DNA from: Macrostomum lignano
Taxonomy: Eukaryota
Reading direction: 5' to 3'
Length of the DNA: 64,000 nucleotides
Assembly (NCBI GenBank): GCA_002269645.1
Contig: NIVC01000119.1
Location: 235,323 to 299,322 of the forward strand
The notes beneath the pieces are model-generated. The model did not search any database and was not told the origin of the DNA. It was given only the letters and a program-made list of their open reading frames with translations. The position numbers and the translations under genes were made by a program. Positions within the stretch are counted from its first letter, which is position 1. Each line of letters begins with the position of its first letter. Of this stretch, positions 1 through 12,815 are shown piece by piece.

Positions 1-1278
1 ATAGCATACCAGGACGATTTTTTTAGAGGTTCCAGAGGGGCACAGTTTTATTCTGTAATCCCATCCATACTCAAACATTAGACATTGGAAGCCAAGACCA
101 AGCGATACTCGGTCGATAAACAACACTCACCGTCGGCAACGACTACATCGACACCAAGAATGCCGGACATTCGGCTGTACTGCGACTGCGGCGCCAGCTG
201 TTTCCGACGGCCCATGACTGTCGTTACTGCCTGAGAATCCCCAACTGGGAGCAACCAATGTGGAATTGGGAAATTCCTAATATCTATATTCTATATAAAT
301 ACAGATGAAGCTGCGGCTCCAGGCGATGGGGGAGGAGGGGTGGCTGTGTTTGGGGAGGGCGGCTGCGGCGGGCACGGGGGCTCTCAATTCATCCAAATCC
401 CATTGGGGAATTCCGAGCGGCCTCAGCTCCATTCTCCATTCAGGCGGTGGGGAGTTTCGGGTTGGGGCAGATGAAATAGGCTGGGGCCGACCGACCCACC
501 CCCCCCCCCCGAAAGCTTTTGGCGACGGCCCCGGGGGACCCTTGTAAACGCGGGGATGAGAACCGACTTTAGGGATGATGGGAACTGGGGGGAGCTGAGC
601 CTTCCAAGATCCCTAGGGAACCATGGGCTTCCCCTTCCAGGCCGGAACCAATCCGCCGCAGCCTCGCAGAGCCCCCCACAGAATCCGAGAAAATATATAT
701 TAAAAAGGCAGCCGAACTGGCTTGGGATGGGCGAGGCGTCCCTGGGGATCGCAGGAGAGAAAGAGGGAACGGCAGGGAGATGGAGATGGGAAAAGGAGAA
801 AGGCCAACAGAGAGAGAGGATATTGCAAGGGTCGTCGGCGCGGCAACCCGCCACCCATCTTCATCTTCGCCTCGACTGTGTCCCGCGCGTGGGGCGACCC
901 TTGGCAAGCAGGGAAATAGCGATCGGGACTCTGGGAGCTGCATGGGTTCTTCATTTGTTAGAAGGTCGGTGCAGTTAATTCCATGCATGCTACCTGCAGT
1001 CGCTGTGAGATCAATAATTCAAGCTGGATGTGACAGTCAGCTGCTACAGCAGCGTGATTAAGACCAGTTTCTGAGCTGACGCCATGAGTTCGTGCTCCGC
1101 TTCGAGAGAGCTGCCTTGAAAACTGCATGTGGTGCGAGCAATTTCACCCCGATCAACCGGATCCAGCGTTTCCATATAGCAAGGATTTGGATTATCTTAT
1201 TCTTACTAGTAAGCGACAGCGAGAATGACGCAAACCCAGAGACCTTGATGCGAAATCAAACAATTATTGAATTCCTTA

Positions 1279-2402
1279 TTGCATGAAATCAATTAGTAGC
1301 TGAAATACCCCGTTGCATGAAATTAATAGTAGCTGAAATAACCCGTTGCATGAAATCAATAGTTAGCGTAAATACCCCGTTGCATGAAATCAATATCTAG
1401 CTGAAATACCCCGTTGCATGAAATCAATATCTAGCGTAAATACCCCGTTGCATGAAATCAATATCTAGCTGAAATACCCCGTTGCATGAAATCAATATCT
1501 AGCGTAAATACCTCGTTGCATGAAATCAATTTCTAGCGTAAATACCCCGTTGCATGAAATCAATATCTAGCGTAAATACCCCGTTGCATGAAATCAATAT
1601 CTAGCTGAAATACCCCGTTGCATGAAATCAATCGTAGCTGAAATACCCCGTTGCATGAAATCAATAGTAGCTGAAATACCCCGTTGCATGAAATCAATAG
1701 TAGCTGAAATACCCCGTTGCATGAAATCAATAGTAGCTTAAATAACCCGTTGCATGAAATCAATAGTAGCTTAAAAATACCCCGTTGCATGAAATCAATA
1801 TCTAGCTGAAATACCCCGTTGCATGAAATCAATAGTAGCTTAAATAACCCGTTGCATGAATTCAATATCTAGCGTAAATACCCCGTTGCATGAAATCAAT
1901 ATCTAGCGTAAATACCCCGTTGCATGGTATCAGTATCTAGCGCAAATACCCCGTTGCATGAAATCAATATCTAGCGTAAATACCCCGTTGCATGAAATCA
2001 ATATCTAGCGTAAATACCCCGTTGCATGAAATCAATATCTAGCGTAAATACCCCGTTGCATGAAATCAATATCTAGCTGAAATACCCCGTTGCATGAAAT
2101 CAATATCTAGCTGAAATACCCCGTTGCATGAAATCAATATCTAGCGTAAATACCTCGTTGCATGAAATCAATATCTAGCGTAAATACCCCGTTGCATGAA
2201 ATCAATATCTAGCGTAAATACCTCGTTGCATGAAATCAATATCTAGCGTAAATACCTCGTTGCATGAAATCAATATCTAGCGTAAATACCCCGTTGCAAG
2301 AAATCAATATCTAGCGTAAATACCCCGTTGCATGAAATCAATATCTAGCGTAAATACCCCGTTGCATGAAATCAATACCTAGCTTAAATACCCGTTGCAT
2401 GA
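1279..2402. repeat. 33/34-bp minisatellite (aaataccccgttgcatgaaatcaatatctagcgt), about 33 copies
   Basis: Direct tandem repetition with no spacers; lies just beyond the POLR3B 3' UTR. Confidence 0.95.
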
Positions 2403-2451
2403 TTTTTTTCCAACTGTCAAAAGTAAACAAATCATAACAACAAAATAACTC

Positions 2452-2545
2452 TTTATTAAAGTGCATACCATCAGCCAAAAGTTCACACCAAATAGAATGA
2501 AACAAAATAACATACACCGGTGAATTTCTACAGTTGGCCTTTATT
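2452..2545 (-). promoter_or_regulatory. Candidate polyadenylation signals of POLR3B (AATAAA at 2457-2452 and 2545-2540)
   Basis: tttatt on + at 2452-2457 and 2540-2545, 200-300 nt downstream of the stop codon. Confidence 0.5.
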
Positions 2546-2752
2546 CACTGAAAAGGGTATTATAAATCCCCCCAGTCTTGACAAGTTATGCACTAATCCA
2601 AACTTTAAAACAAGCTGATTTTACAATTACAAGAAACAAGCAGCATAACAAACAACAAAGGAGAGTCATATGATGAACACGTATTCATTCTAGCGAATTT
2701 GAAACCATGATCCATGATAAATAAAATGCAACTCAAAACGTCAAGAAGCTTA

Positions 2753-5700
2753 TTAAATCTTGTTGCAGTCCTGCAGAGTCAGCCGGGGCGCAATATTCAT
2801 GCTCTGCAACTCCTGGAACAGCAGTTTGCAGGCGTATGGCATGCGAACGGAGCACACGGCGGTGCTGCTGCGGCAGTACTGGCACCAGGCCCGGCCGCAG
2901 AGCAGGCCGCAGGCTGAGCACACCTTAGTATCGAAGGCATCAGACGAGAGCATCAAACGTTCAACCAGCAGCATGGAGGCTCCATAGCCGATCAGACAGT
3001 CGCGCTCCATCTCGCCTAGGCGTAGCCCGCCGTCCCGAGCTCGACCCTCAGTCGGCTGTCTGGTGATAAGAGTACAGGGACCCCTAGCCCTGGCGTGAAT
3101 CTTATCCAGCACCATGTGCTTCAGCTTCTGATAGTAGATCGGTCCGGAGTACACGTAGGCTTCCATGGTCTCGCCAGTCACGCCGGAGGTCAGCACGTCC
3201 TTGCCGAGACTGTTGAATCCGTGCTCGCGCAGAATGGCTCCAAGCTGCTCAGCGCCGTCGCCTCCGAATGCGGTGCCGTCTTTGAACGCGCCGTCCAGTA
3301 CAGCCGCTTTGCTGCCCAACAGTTCAAGCAGTTTGCCGACTGTCATCCGACTCGGGTAGCCGTGCGGATTCATTATGATATCCGGGACGACTCCGTCACG
3401 AGAGAACGGCATGTCAGCCTGATCGACAATCAATCCGCAGACGCCTTTCTGACCGTGTCGGGAGCTGAACTTGTCGCCAATTTCTGGTCTGCGAGTTTGA
3501 CGCAGCTGCAGTTTCACCAGGCCGTGATTGTCCTCGGTGTTGGCCACCATCACTTTCTCTACGTAGGCCGGCTCCATGCCCTGGATTGGGGTGTAGGTTG
3601 AGCCATTTCCTATTTAGCTGGCCACACGAATTCAGATTCCAACTGCGACATGCTAATCCCCAACTCCCGACATTCTAATCCAAACTCCGACATTCTAATC
3701 CCAACTTCGACACCATAATTCCTAACTCCCGACATGCTAATCCCCAACTCTCGACATTCTAATCCCAACTCCCGACATTCTAATCCCAACTCCCGACATT
3801 CTAATCCAAGCTCCGACATTCTAATCCCAACTCTGAAATTCTAATTCCAACTCCCGACATTCTAATCATAACTCCCGACATTCTAATCCCAACTTCGACA
3901 CCATAATTCCTAACTCCCGACATGCTAATCCCCAACTCTCGACATTCTAATCCCAACTCCCGACATTTTAATCCCAACTCCCGACATTCTAATCCAAACT
4001 CCGACATTATAATCCCAACTCTGAAATTCTAATCCCAACTCCGACATTCTAATCTCTAACTCCGACATTCTAATCCCCAACTCCGACATTCTAATTCCAA
4101 CTCCCGACATTCTAATCATAACTCCCGACATTCTAATCCCAACTTCGACACCATAATCCCATCTACGACATTCTAATCCCCAACTCCCGACATTCTAATC
4201 CCAACTCCCGACATTCTAATCCCAACTCCCGACATTCTAATCCGAACTCCTGAATCATAATTTCAACTCTGACGTCAAAACCTAAACTTCCAACATTCTA
4301 ATTCCAACTCATCAGAATTGTGAGCCTAAATTTTAATCCCGACAATGAGAGTTCAATCCCGACTACGACATGATCTAATCTGACCAATGAGAGTTCGACC
4401 AATCCGACATAACTATGCTAGATTACCTTGTAGTCCTGCGGCACACTCTTGTACTCAACATTACTATTCACGGCTGCCGACATTGTAGCGGACACAATCG
4501 GCATCTCTTTATTAACCAGAACCTGTCGATCCGAGACCCTAGCTCCAACGTAGGCTACACCGTCCGCTTCAAGGACTTCGTGGCCACGTCTGGGCAGTCC
4601 GGTGTTGATGTCCACCATGGGCCCCATCAGCCTGTCTGTGGACTGGTTGGCGTCGGCGTAGCGCTTCATCTGGACTGACTGCCGCCTGTTTGAGTTCGGG
4701 AAAATTTTTTTGGACTAAGAATTAAAAAAGAGTAAAAATCCACTAAGAATTTTTACAGCGTATAAAATACCCTACTGTTGAAACAATGCTGAAATCCCGC
4801 ATTAAGATCTCAACACTTAAAATCCTACAGTCAGAACCCCATCCCTAAAATCCCAGTCAGAACCCCATCCCTAAAATCCCACAGTCAGAACCCCATCCCT
4901 AAAATACCACAGTCAGAACCCCATCCCTAAAATCCCACAGTCAGATCCCCATCCCTAAAATACCACAGTCAGAACCCCATCCCTAAAATACCACAGTCAG
5001 AACCCCATCCCTAAAATCCCAAATTCAGATCCCAATCCCTAAAATACCAAATTCAGATCGTCTTTCCTAAAATCCAAAATTCAGATCTCATCCCTAAAAT
5101 CCCAAATCCAGATCCCAAATTCAGATCGTCTTTCCTAAAATCCAAAATTCAGATCTCATCCCTAAAATCCCAAATCCAGATCCCAAATTCAGATCGTCTT
5201 TCCTAAAATCCAAAATTCAGATCCTCATCCCTAAAATCCCAAATTCAGATCCCAATCCCTAAAATCCAAAATTCAGATCGTCTTTCCTAAAATCCAAAAT
5301 TCAGATCTCATCCCTAAAATCCAAAATTCAGATCCTCATCCCTAAAATCCCAAATTCAGATCCTCATCCCTAAAATCCCAAATTCAGATCCTCATCCCAA
5401 AAATCCCAAATTCAGATCCTCATCCCTAAAATCCCAAATTCAGATCCTCATCCCTAAAATCCCAAATTCAGATCCTCATCCCAAAAATCCCAAATTCAGA
5501 TCCTCATCCCAAAAATCCCAAATTCAGATCCTCATCCCAAAAATCCCAAATTCAGATCCTCATCCCAAAAATCCCAAATTCAGATCCTCATCCCAAAAAT
5601 CCCAAATTCAGATCCTCATCCCTAAAATCCCAAATTCAGATCCTCATCCCTAAAATCAAAAATTCAGATCCTCATCTCTAAAATCCCAAATTCAGATCCT

Positions 5701-8700
5701 CATCCCTAAAATCCCAAATTCAGATCCTCATCCCTAAAATCCCAAATTCAGATCCTCATCCCTAAAATCCCAAATTCAGATCCTCATCCCTAAAATCAAA
5801 AATTCAGATCCTCATCCCAAAAATCTAGTCAGATCCCCATTCCAAAAATCCCATTCAGATCCCCATCTTTAAAATCCCAGTCAGACCCCCATCTTGAAAT
5901 CCCAAATTCAGATCTCAATCCCTAAAATCCCAAACTCAGATCCTCATCCCTAAAGTTCCACAGTCAAATCCCAATCCTTAAAATCCCCACACAGCCATAT
6001 CCTCTCCACCTATAGTAGAAGCAGCGACCAAAGCCGCGGTCAAGCGACGCCTTATTGACAACCAGAGCGTCCTCGATGTCGTAGCCCGAATAGGACATGA
6101 CAGCAACGCATGCATTTTGACCAGCCGGCAGCTCGTGATAGCCGATCAGTTCCAGCGGCTTAGTCTGCACCAGCGGCCTCTGCGGATACACGAGCAAGTA
6201 CTGCACAGTGTCGAATCGTTCGTTCTGATTATAGGCCAGAGTGCCCATGGCCTGCTTGCCCATGGCGCACTGGTAGGTGTTGCGCGGGCTCTGGTTGTGA
6301 TGCGGGTAGGGAATTATACCAGCGCACACGCCTGAGGACGGACAGGTTTTTTGAAGGGGCGATTCTTTAGAAATGTATAAACCAAAAACCGCAATTTCAT
6401 AAATCATAATTCATAAGCTAAAAACCCGAAAAACCCGAAAACATAAAACCCGGAAATTCATAAATCAAAACCCAGGAATTTACCAACTAAAAAGCCAATC
6501 ATTCATACAAAAAGCTGAAAATTAGTAAACAATCAACCCAAAACTTATAAACCGAAAAACTTGGAAATTTATAAACAATAAACCCGGAACTTTTTATAAG
6601 CGAAAACCCAGAAATTCATAAACAATAAACCCGGAAGTTCGTAAACAATAAACCCGGAACTTTTTATAAGCGAAAAAGTTGGAAGTTCATAAACAACAAA
6701 CCCGGAACGTTTTGTAAGCGAAAAACCCGGAAATTCATAAACAATAAACCCGGAAGTTCGTAAACAATAAACTCGGAAAATCGTAAACAATAAACCCGTA
6801 AATTTATAAGCTAAAAAACCGGATACTCTAAAACCCTGGAACTTCATAAATAAAAACCCGGGAATTTACCAACTTAAAAGCCGAAAATTTATAAGCCAAA
6901 AAGCCAGTAATTCATAGAACATAAAACTTCATAGGCTTGTGAAAATGGGTTGAAAACTTTGTCACGCAGTTTTTATAATAAACAAAACTAACCCAGCAAA
7001 GTGAACGGCTCAATCTCCAAGTGAGTAGTATCATCGGTGATGTCCTTTACGTACACGGCAATCCTACAATCGTTCTCCTCGTTAACGTCCAAATACTCGA
7101 TCAGCCCTTCGTGTAGGAAATCTTCCCAATCGCGCAGGCCGCTAGCCAGTTCGTCCAGATGGCGCCGAGCTACCAGAGGTCGCCCAGCCTCTACGATGAT
7201 GTACGGCCGACAGAGTCTGCCCCCATCCGAGGCGACGTGAACCGCTTTATGAGCGGCGTGACTGTGCACCGAGACGAACTGGTGAAGGCGACCGGCACGG
7301 CGGAGTCGGCGAAGATGCCGGACTAGCCGGGGCCACTGCCGACAAGAGCCGACTAGCAGGCCTGGTTGGGGCAGAGAGATTGGGATATTGCCTGTTTAAA
7401 AAATCGCCCTAAACTCAGACACCCGATTCGCTCACCGGAGTGCTAGATTCTTGATACAGGAGAATCCCAGATCCCTAACACAGGGAAATCCCAGATCCCT
7501 AACACAGGGAAATCCAAGATCCCCAACACAGGAGAATCCCTGATCCCTAACACAGGGGAATCCCAGATCCCTAACACAGGGAAATCCCAGATCCCTAACA
7601 CAGGAGAATCCCTGATCCCTAACACAGGGGAATCCCAGATCCCTAACACAGGGAAATCCCAGATCCCTGACACAGGAGAATCCCAGATCCCAAACACAGG
7701 GAAATCCCAGATCCCTAACACAGAGAAATCCCAGATCCCTAACACAGGGGGATCTCAGATCCCTAAAAAAGGAGGATCCCTAACAAGGAGAATCCTTGAT
7801 CCCTAACACAGAGAAATCCCAGATCCCTAACACAGGGAAATCCCAGATCCCTAAAAAAGGAGGATCCCTTACAAGGAGAATCCCTGATCCCTAACACAGG
7901 GGAATCTCAGATCCATAACACAGGGGAATCTCAGATCCCTAACAAAGGGGAATCAAAGTCCCTAACACAGGGGAATCCCAGATCCCCAACATGCGGGAAT
8001 CTCAGATCCCCAACAAAGGGGAATCCCAGATCCCTAACACAGGGGAATCTCAGATCCCCAACACAGGGGAATCCCAAATCCCTAGTATCGGGGAATCCAA
8101 GATCCCTAACCAAAGGTAAATCCCAGATCAATAACAAAGGTAAATCCCAGATCAATAACAAAGGTAAATCCCAGATCAATAACAAAGGTAAATCCCAGAT
8201 CAATAACAAAGGTAAATCCCAATCAATAACAAAGGTAAATCCCAGATCAATAACAAAGGTAAATCCCAGATCAATAACAAAGGTAAATCCCAAATCAATA
8301 ACAAAGGTAAATCCCAGATCAATAACAAAGGTAAATCCCAGATCAATAACAAAGGTAAATTCCATATCAATAACAAAGGTAAATCCCACATCAATAACAA
8401 AGGGGAATCCCAGATCAACAACAAAGGGGAATCCCAGGTCCTTAATCCAGCCATATCTAAAAAACAATCACCGTTAAGAAAGACTAAAAAGCTGTGCTCA
8501 GCGTGCAGCTGCTGACCCCGCAGACTGTCCACGGGTTCAACGCCCAGATCGAGTATGAGGCGAAGCAGCGGCGCGTCGTCAACGTCCATAGTCACGTGAC
8601 TCATCAGAGCGAGGTTCTTGACTAATCCGCAGCTCTCGCCCTCGGGCGTGTCGCTAGGACAGAGCATGCCCCATTGGCTGGGCTGCAGCGACCGGGGACC

Positions 8701-11664
8701 GCTGACTTTGCGGGTCTTCTCGAACTGAGAATTGATGCGAGTCATGTGACCCAGGGCCGAGATGTAGGACAGACGGGTTAGCACCTGAAATTGATGAGCG
8801 ATAGCTTACTTTAAGTAGGCAAGTTAATATTGCAATTAACTTTTTTCGGTGCTAGAAATGCTGGATATATTTTTAATCCATTTCTAATCCAATCACAAAA
8901 AAATCTGACATCACGATGACCAATCGGACACGTCATTAATTTAAAAAATCGACTTTTTCTAAATCAATCGGAAAAATCTATGAACGAATAGACAAACTAA
9001 TGACCAAACCAGAGACCTAATGACCAAACTAACTAGAGATCTAATGGCCGAATCAGAGACCTAATTATTGAATTAGAGACCTAATTATTGAATTAGAGAC
9101 CTAATTATTGAATTAGAGACCTAATTACCGAACTAGAGACCCAAAGACCAAACCAGAGACTTAATGACCGAATATAAAGAAACTAATGACCGAGTTTACA
9201 AATTAATTACCGAACTAGAGACCTAATGGCCGAATTCGAGACCTAATGACCAAACTAGAGACCTAATGGCCGAATTAGAGACCCAATGAGCGAACTAGTA
9301 ATGGCCGAACTAGAGACCTAATGACCGAACTAGAGAGCTAATGACCGATCTGAAAAGTTAATGACCGAACTAGAGACCTAATGCCAGAATTGAAAAATTG
9401 ATGACCAAATAGATAAACTTATGACCGTTTCTACATGACCAAATTGCATAAACTTAAAATGAACCTACCCTACAAAATAAAACACAAACCTGAGTGACTC
9501 CCTGACGTTCCATTCGGAATCGTTTGATATTCCAATTGCCAGACGAGATGGCGGCAACCAAGCCGTTAGTGATCAGATCCTGCCGGATGTGCTTGTGAAT
9601 GTCAAAGGCGGTCGCTTGATTTTTAGGCAGCATCTCGTTGGCAACGAAACGCAAATTATCGTTAAACTTTTTGAAATGATCTTCGAACAGCAGAGCTAAC
9701 AGAGAGCCCGCCAATTCAAGCCTTTTATTGCCGTAGTAGTCGCGATCGTCTGGAGGGATCAGGCCGGCTTGGGCCAGGATCAGCTTGCGCAACATCAGGC
9801 ACAGGTAGACGCACTTCTGATGGAAATTCCAATGTTCGACTGGCACGTGGGCTAGGACTATGTCCTGAGGGATTCGAATGGTAGCGTAGATAGGAGGGGG
9901 AACGATTTAAAAGTGCAAATATATTTCATAAGTACAAAAAGAAAGGCGCTACTAAAAGTACATATAAGGGCAATTCTAAAAGTTCAAAGTCTATTCGAAA
10001 AGTACAAAGACAATTCGAAAAGTGCAAAGAAGGGCCATTCCAAAAGTTCGAGGGAGGGCGACTTAAAATTGCAAGAAGGGTGATTCTAAAAGTGCAGTCT
10101 ATTCTGAAAGTACATAGACAGTTTTAAAAGTGCAAATTTCGAGGAAGGGCGAATCTAAAAGTACAAAGTCGATTCTAAAAGTGCAAAGGGCTAATAAAAA
10201 ATGCAAAGGAGGGCGATTCTAAAAATTCAAAGGACTATTCCAAAATTGCAAGGAAGGGAGATTCTAAAAGTGCAAAGAAGGGCTATTACAAAAGTGCAAG
10301 AAAGGGCGATTATAAAAGCGCAAAGATGGGGATATAGTAGATAGGAAGTAGATAGGGGATATTAAGGAAAGCTAAAAGGATATTATCATCTGTAAGAACA
10401 ATTCTTTAAAAACTTTCACATCATCTTCGCTGTGCCAATACAAACCTTCAAAGTCTGCCTACAATCGTCAATACGACCTTCGGCGTCTTTGCGTTCTCGA
10501 CTGGCTTTCCAAGCCGGGCCGTAGGTCTTCGCAACTCGGATCTTGTTAGATAGCCAGGCTAGGGCCTGATTCTGAGTGAACAGCTTCAGCTTGTGACACT
10601 GCTCTAGACAGGGCAATAGCGCTGATAGAACCTCATCCTCTGTACCAATAGTCTGTACAATCTCTTGATCGCAAATCATGCCCATAGCTTTTAGTACAAC
10701 AACAGCTGGCACTAGTTCGCCAAACGAATTGTGCTCGACGTGGAAAATGCCTTTCTTGGCTACTAGGCCGGTTTTAGATTTGCGCTGATGTGTACTGGAT
10801 GTGACGCTGCACATTATGTGGCCTGTGGGAGATGGGGGAATAATTGGAAATATTATCCCCCATAACGATTTTGCGGACAAAAGTGACGATGTGGGAGTGT
10901 GACAAGAGTGACGATGTGGGAGAGTGACAAGAGTGATAAAAAGAAATGTGCCTACAAGAAGAATGCCGATTTTTATTTGAGAGTGACGAGAGAGCGACGA
11001 TGCTGAGAGGCTGACAAGACTGGAGTGAGGAAGTTAGACAGAATCACAAGAGAAAAATGACACAAATGACAAGAGATCCTTCGAGAGTCTAGAACCAAAC
11101 GTACAAACCTTTATTATCATCCTCAACAATAATCCGATTCTTAGACAGCTGTTCCTGCAGTAGAATGACCTTCTCTGTGCCGCGAATAATAAAATAGCCG
11201 CCAGGATCAAGGGGACACTCGCGTAATCTAGTCAATTCGTTAGGCGTCTTGCCAGTTAACAGACAGTTGGAACTTCGCAGCATGATAGGTATGGATCCAA
11301 TTGGCACACGGTCCATGTTGACTCTCTGATCGCCTCGTATATAAGCGATATCCACTAGTAAGGGAGCAGCGTAGGTCAAATCCCTAAGACGGCACTCGTG
11401 CGGGCTAATCTCTTTAACAATGGGCCCCTCTTCAACGGATGGCCTGCCAACGTAAATATTTTTATATTCCAAATACCAGCGCTGGTCTGCGTCGCACACG
11501 ACTCTCTGATTGGCTAGCATGATAGCTCGAACTTCGGTGTTAACAAAATGATTAAACGATTCGATGTGCTGTTTAACTAGGCCGCGAACTTTTAAAAAAG
11601 CCGGCACTAATTTCCATTTGTCTTCGAGGCTTTTTATCGATTTGTTTAAATTATCGACGTCCAT
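2753..11664 (-). CDS. POLR3B: DNA-directed RNA polymerase III second-largest subunit (RPC2), complete 8-exon gene, 1132 aa
   Basis: Exons 11664-11109, 10822-10446, 9864-9490, 8784-8472, 7361-6993, 6331-6010, 4685-4427, 3580-2753. All introns GT-AG, phases consistent, total 3399 nt. Motifs: [81 protein letters not shown] and C-terminal zinc ribbon. [15 protein letters not shown] and [13 protein letters not shown] are RPC2-type rather than RPB2-type. Confidence 0.97.
3636..4310. repeat. About 21-bp minisatellite (ccaactcccgacattctaatc) filling POLR3B intron 7
   Basis: Tandem repetition seen directly; the ORFs here have a 7-aa period. Confidence 0.9.
4825..5965. repeat. 28-bp minisatellite (cctaaaatcccaaattcagatcctcatc) filling POLR3B intron 6
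   Basis: Tandem repetition seen directly, with variant blocks. Confidence 0.92.
6395..6910. repeat. Degenerate 23-bp minisatellite (cccggaaattcataaacaataaa), POLR3B intron 5
   Basis: Recurring cccggaa...taaacaataaa units. Confidence 0.8.
7445..8455. repeat. Two abutting 24-bp minisatellites (cccagatccctaacacaggggaat; cccagatcaataacaaaggtaaat), POLR3B intron 4
   Basis: Tandem repetition; the ORFs have an 8-aa period; the unit switches near 8105. Confidence 0.92.
8990..9445. repeat. 20-bp minisatellite (gagacctaatgaccgaacta), POLR3B intron 3
   Basis: Tandem repetition seen directly. Confidence 0.85.
9900..10330. repeat. Highly degenerate about 24-bp repeat (gggcgattctaaaagtgcaaagaa), POLR3B intron 2
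   Basis: Recurring ttctaaaagt(g/a)caaa motif. Confidence 0.65.
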
Positions 11665-11859
11665 TGTTTTAGGGAATGCGCATTGACGGCCAACTGAAGT
11701 AAAGTTTTATGAATTCATTTTCAACGTCTTTATCTGTACGAGATGTATCGCGAATTTTTTTCTACTAGATGCTATTAGTAGGGTGCTAAGTGAAAGCTTA
11801 GTGGTATTGTGTGTTGATTTGTTCCTTCCTTCCTTTACAAGCCGTCAAAACATCCAGCT

Positions 11860-12815
11860 TATCCCACCTCTAAAACCAGGCAATCTGAGTTTCTATTTGC
11901 TCTCAAAGATCCATAAGGATCTCAAATTGTGGCTGATTCCCACAGTCCCACCCGAGCAGCCGACAGTCTCTGACTGCAGCGCCAAATTTATCAAACCTCT
12001 TTCTACAACCAATTCCTAAAGAACAAGACTCATTCATCTACGACACTGATTGCTTTCAAGCTGTCATTGATGGTCTGAACTTTGCTAAGGAGGAAAGTGC
12101 TCTCTTGGTTACAATGGACATATGGGCCATATGCAGAAAGCTCTGTCTAGGGTACTCCAGTCTTGAAAAGCTAGTCTAGACTTGGATTTGGTATGCAGAA
12201 ACACAAAGTTAGACCAGTTTACTATAGCAGAACTAGGCTAGCTAGACCATAGACTATAGACTGAACTACCCAAGTCCAGACTAGCTAGTCTGGACTAGGC
12301 TTTCTGCATATGGCCCTTTGAGTCCATTTACATAAACATTCCAATAGACAAAGGTCTGGGTGTAGTAAGGCATGCCTTTGAAAGTCCCAAGAGTCGGTAA
12401 GGCCAGACTAACACATACTTGACTGCTTAGATATTAACCTTAACCAGAATGACTTTATCTTCAGCAACAAGGGGTATTTGCAGATATAAGGCACTGGCAT
12501 GGGGAAAGCCTTTGTGCATTCTTATGCCAACATCTTTATGTTAGACTGGGAGCCTAGGGCCCTAGAAACCACATCTTTTGCTCCCTAACTGTATTTAAAT
12601 GCTATATTTATGTCATCTTCATGGTCAGCTCACATTGATTTTCACAGTAATATTCAGCTCACATTGAACAATAGCCAGATTACTGCTCAAATTTTTATAG
12701 CTATGTCTAGCTATGACTTGCTCAATCTACTCTGACCCAGACTTTTCATTTTGCCAAGTACTGGATCAAACTTTCTTCATCCTAAACACACCTTCAAAGG
12801 GATCATGAAATCCTT
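11860..12815 (+). mobile_element. Decayed Penelope-like retroelement reverse transcriptase
   Basis: Translated fragments FYLLSKIHKDLKLWLIPTVPPEQPTVSDCS, LLVTMD..ESIYINIP, NQNDFIFSNKGYLQI*GTGMGKAFVHSYANIFM and FLHPKHTFKGIMKS match PLE RT motifs (FYLLPKIHK..PPGRPIVSDC, DVESLYTNIP, GTAMG..FAPSYANIFM, HPKHTFKGI). Stops and frameshifts present. Confidence 0.8.
12124..12316. mobile_element. 193-bp MITE with perfect 18-bp TIR (gggccatatgcagaaagc), PIF/Harbinger-like ends
   Basis: TIRs at 12124-12141 and 12299-12316 are exact reverse complements. It splits the RT D-x-E-S codons. TSD imperfect (tat/ttt). Confidence 0.8.

Noticed and set aside
1-1278. Short ORFs and possible exons at the window start
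   Set aside because: No recognisable domain or consistent splice structure; purine-rich and LTR-like but with no definable termini in the window.
1279-2402. CRISPR-like array (34-bp unit; the 82- and 42-bp arrays were also considered)
   Set aside because: Units are head-to-tail with no unique spacers, there are no cas genes, and the context is eukaryotic.
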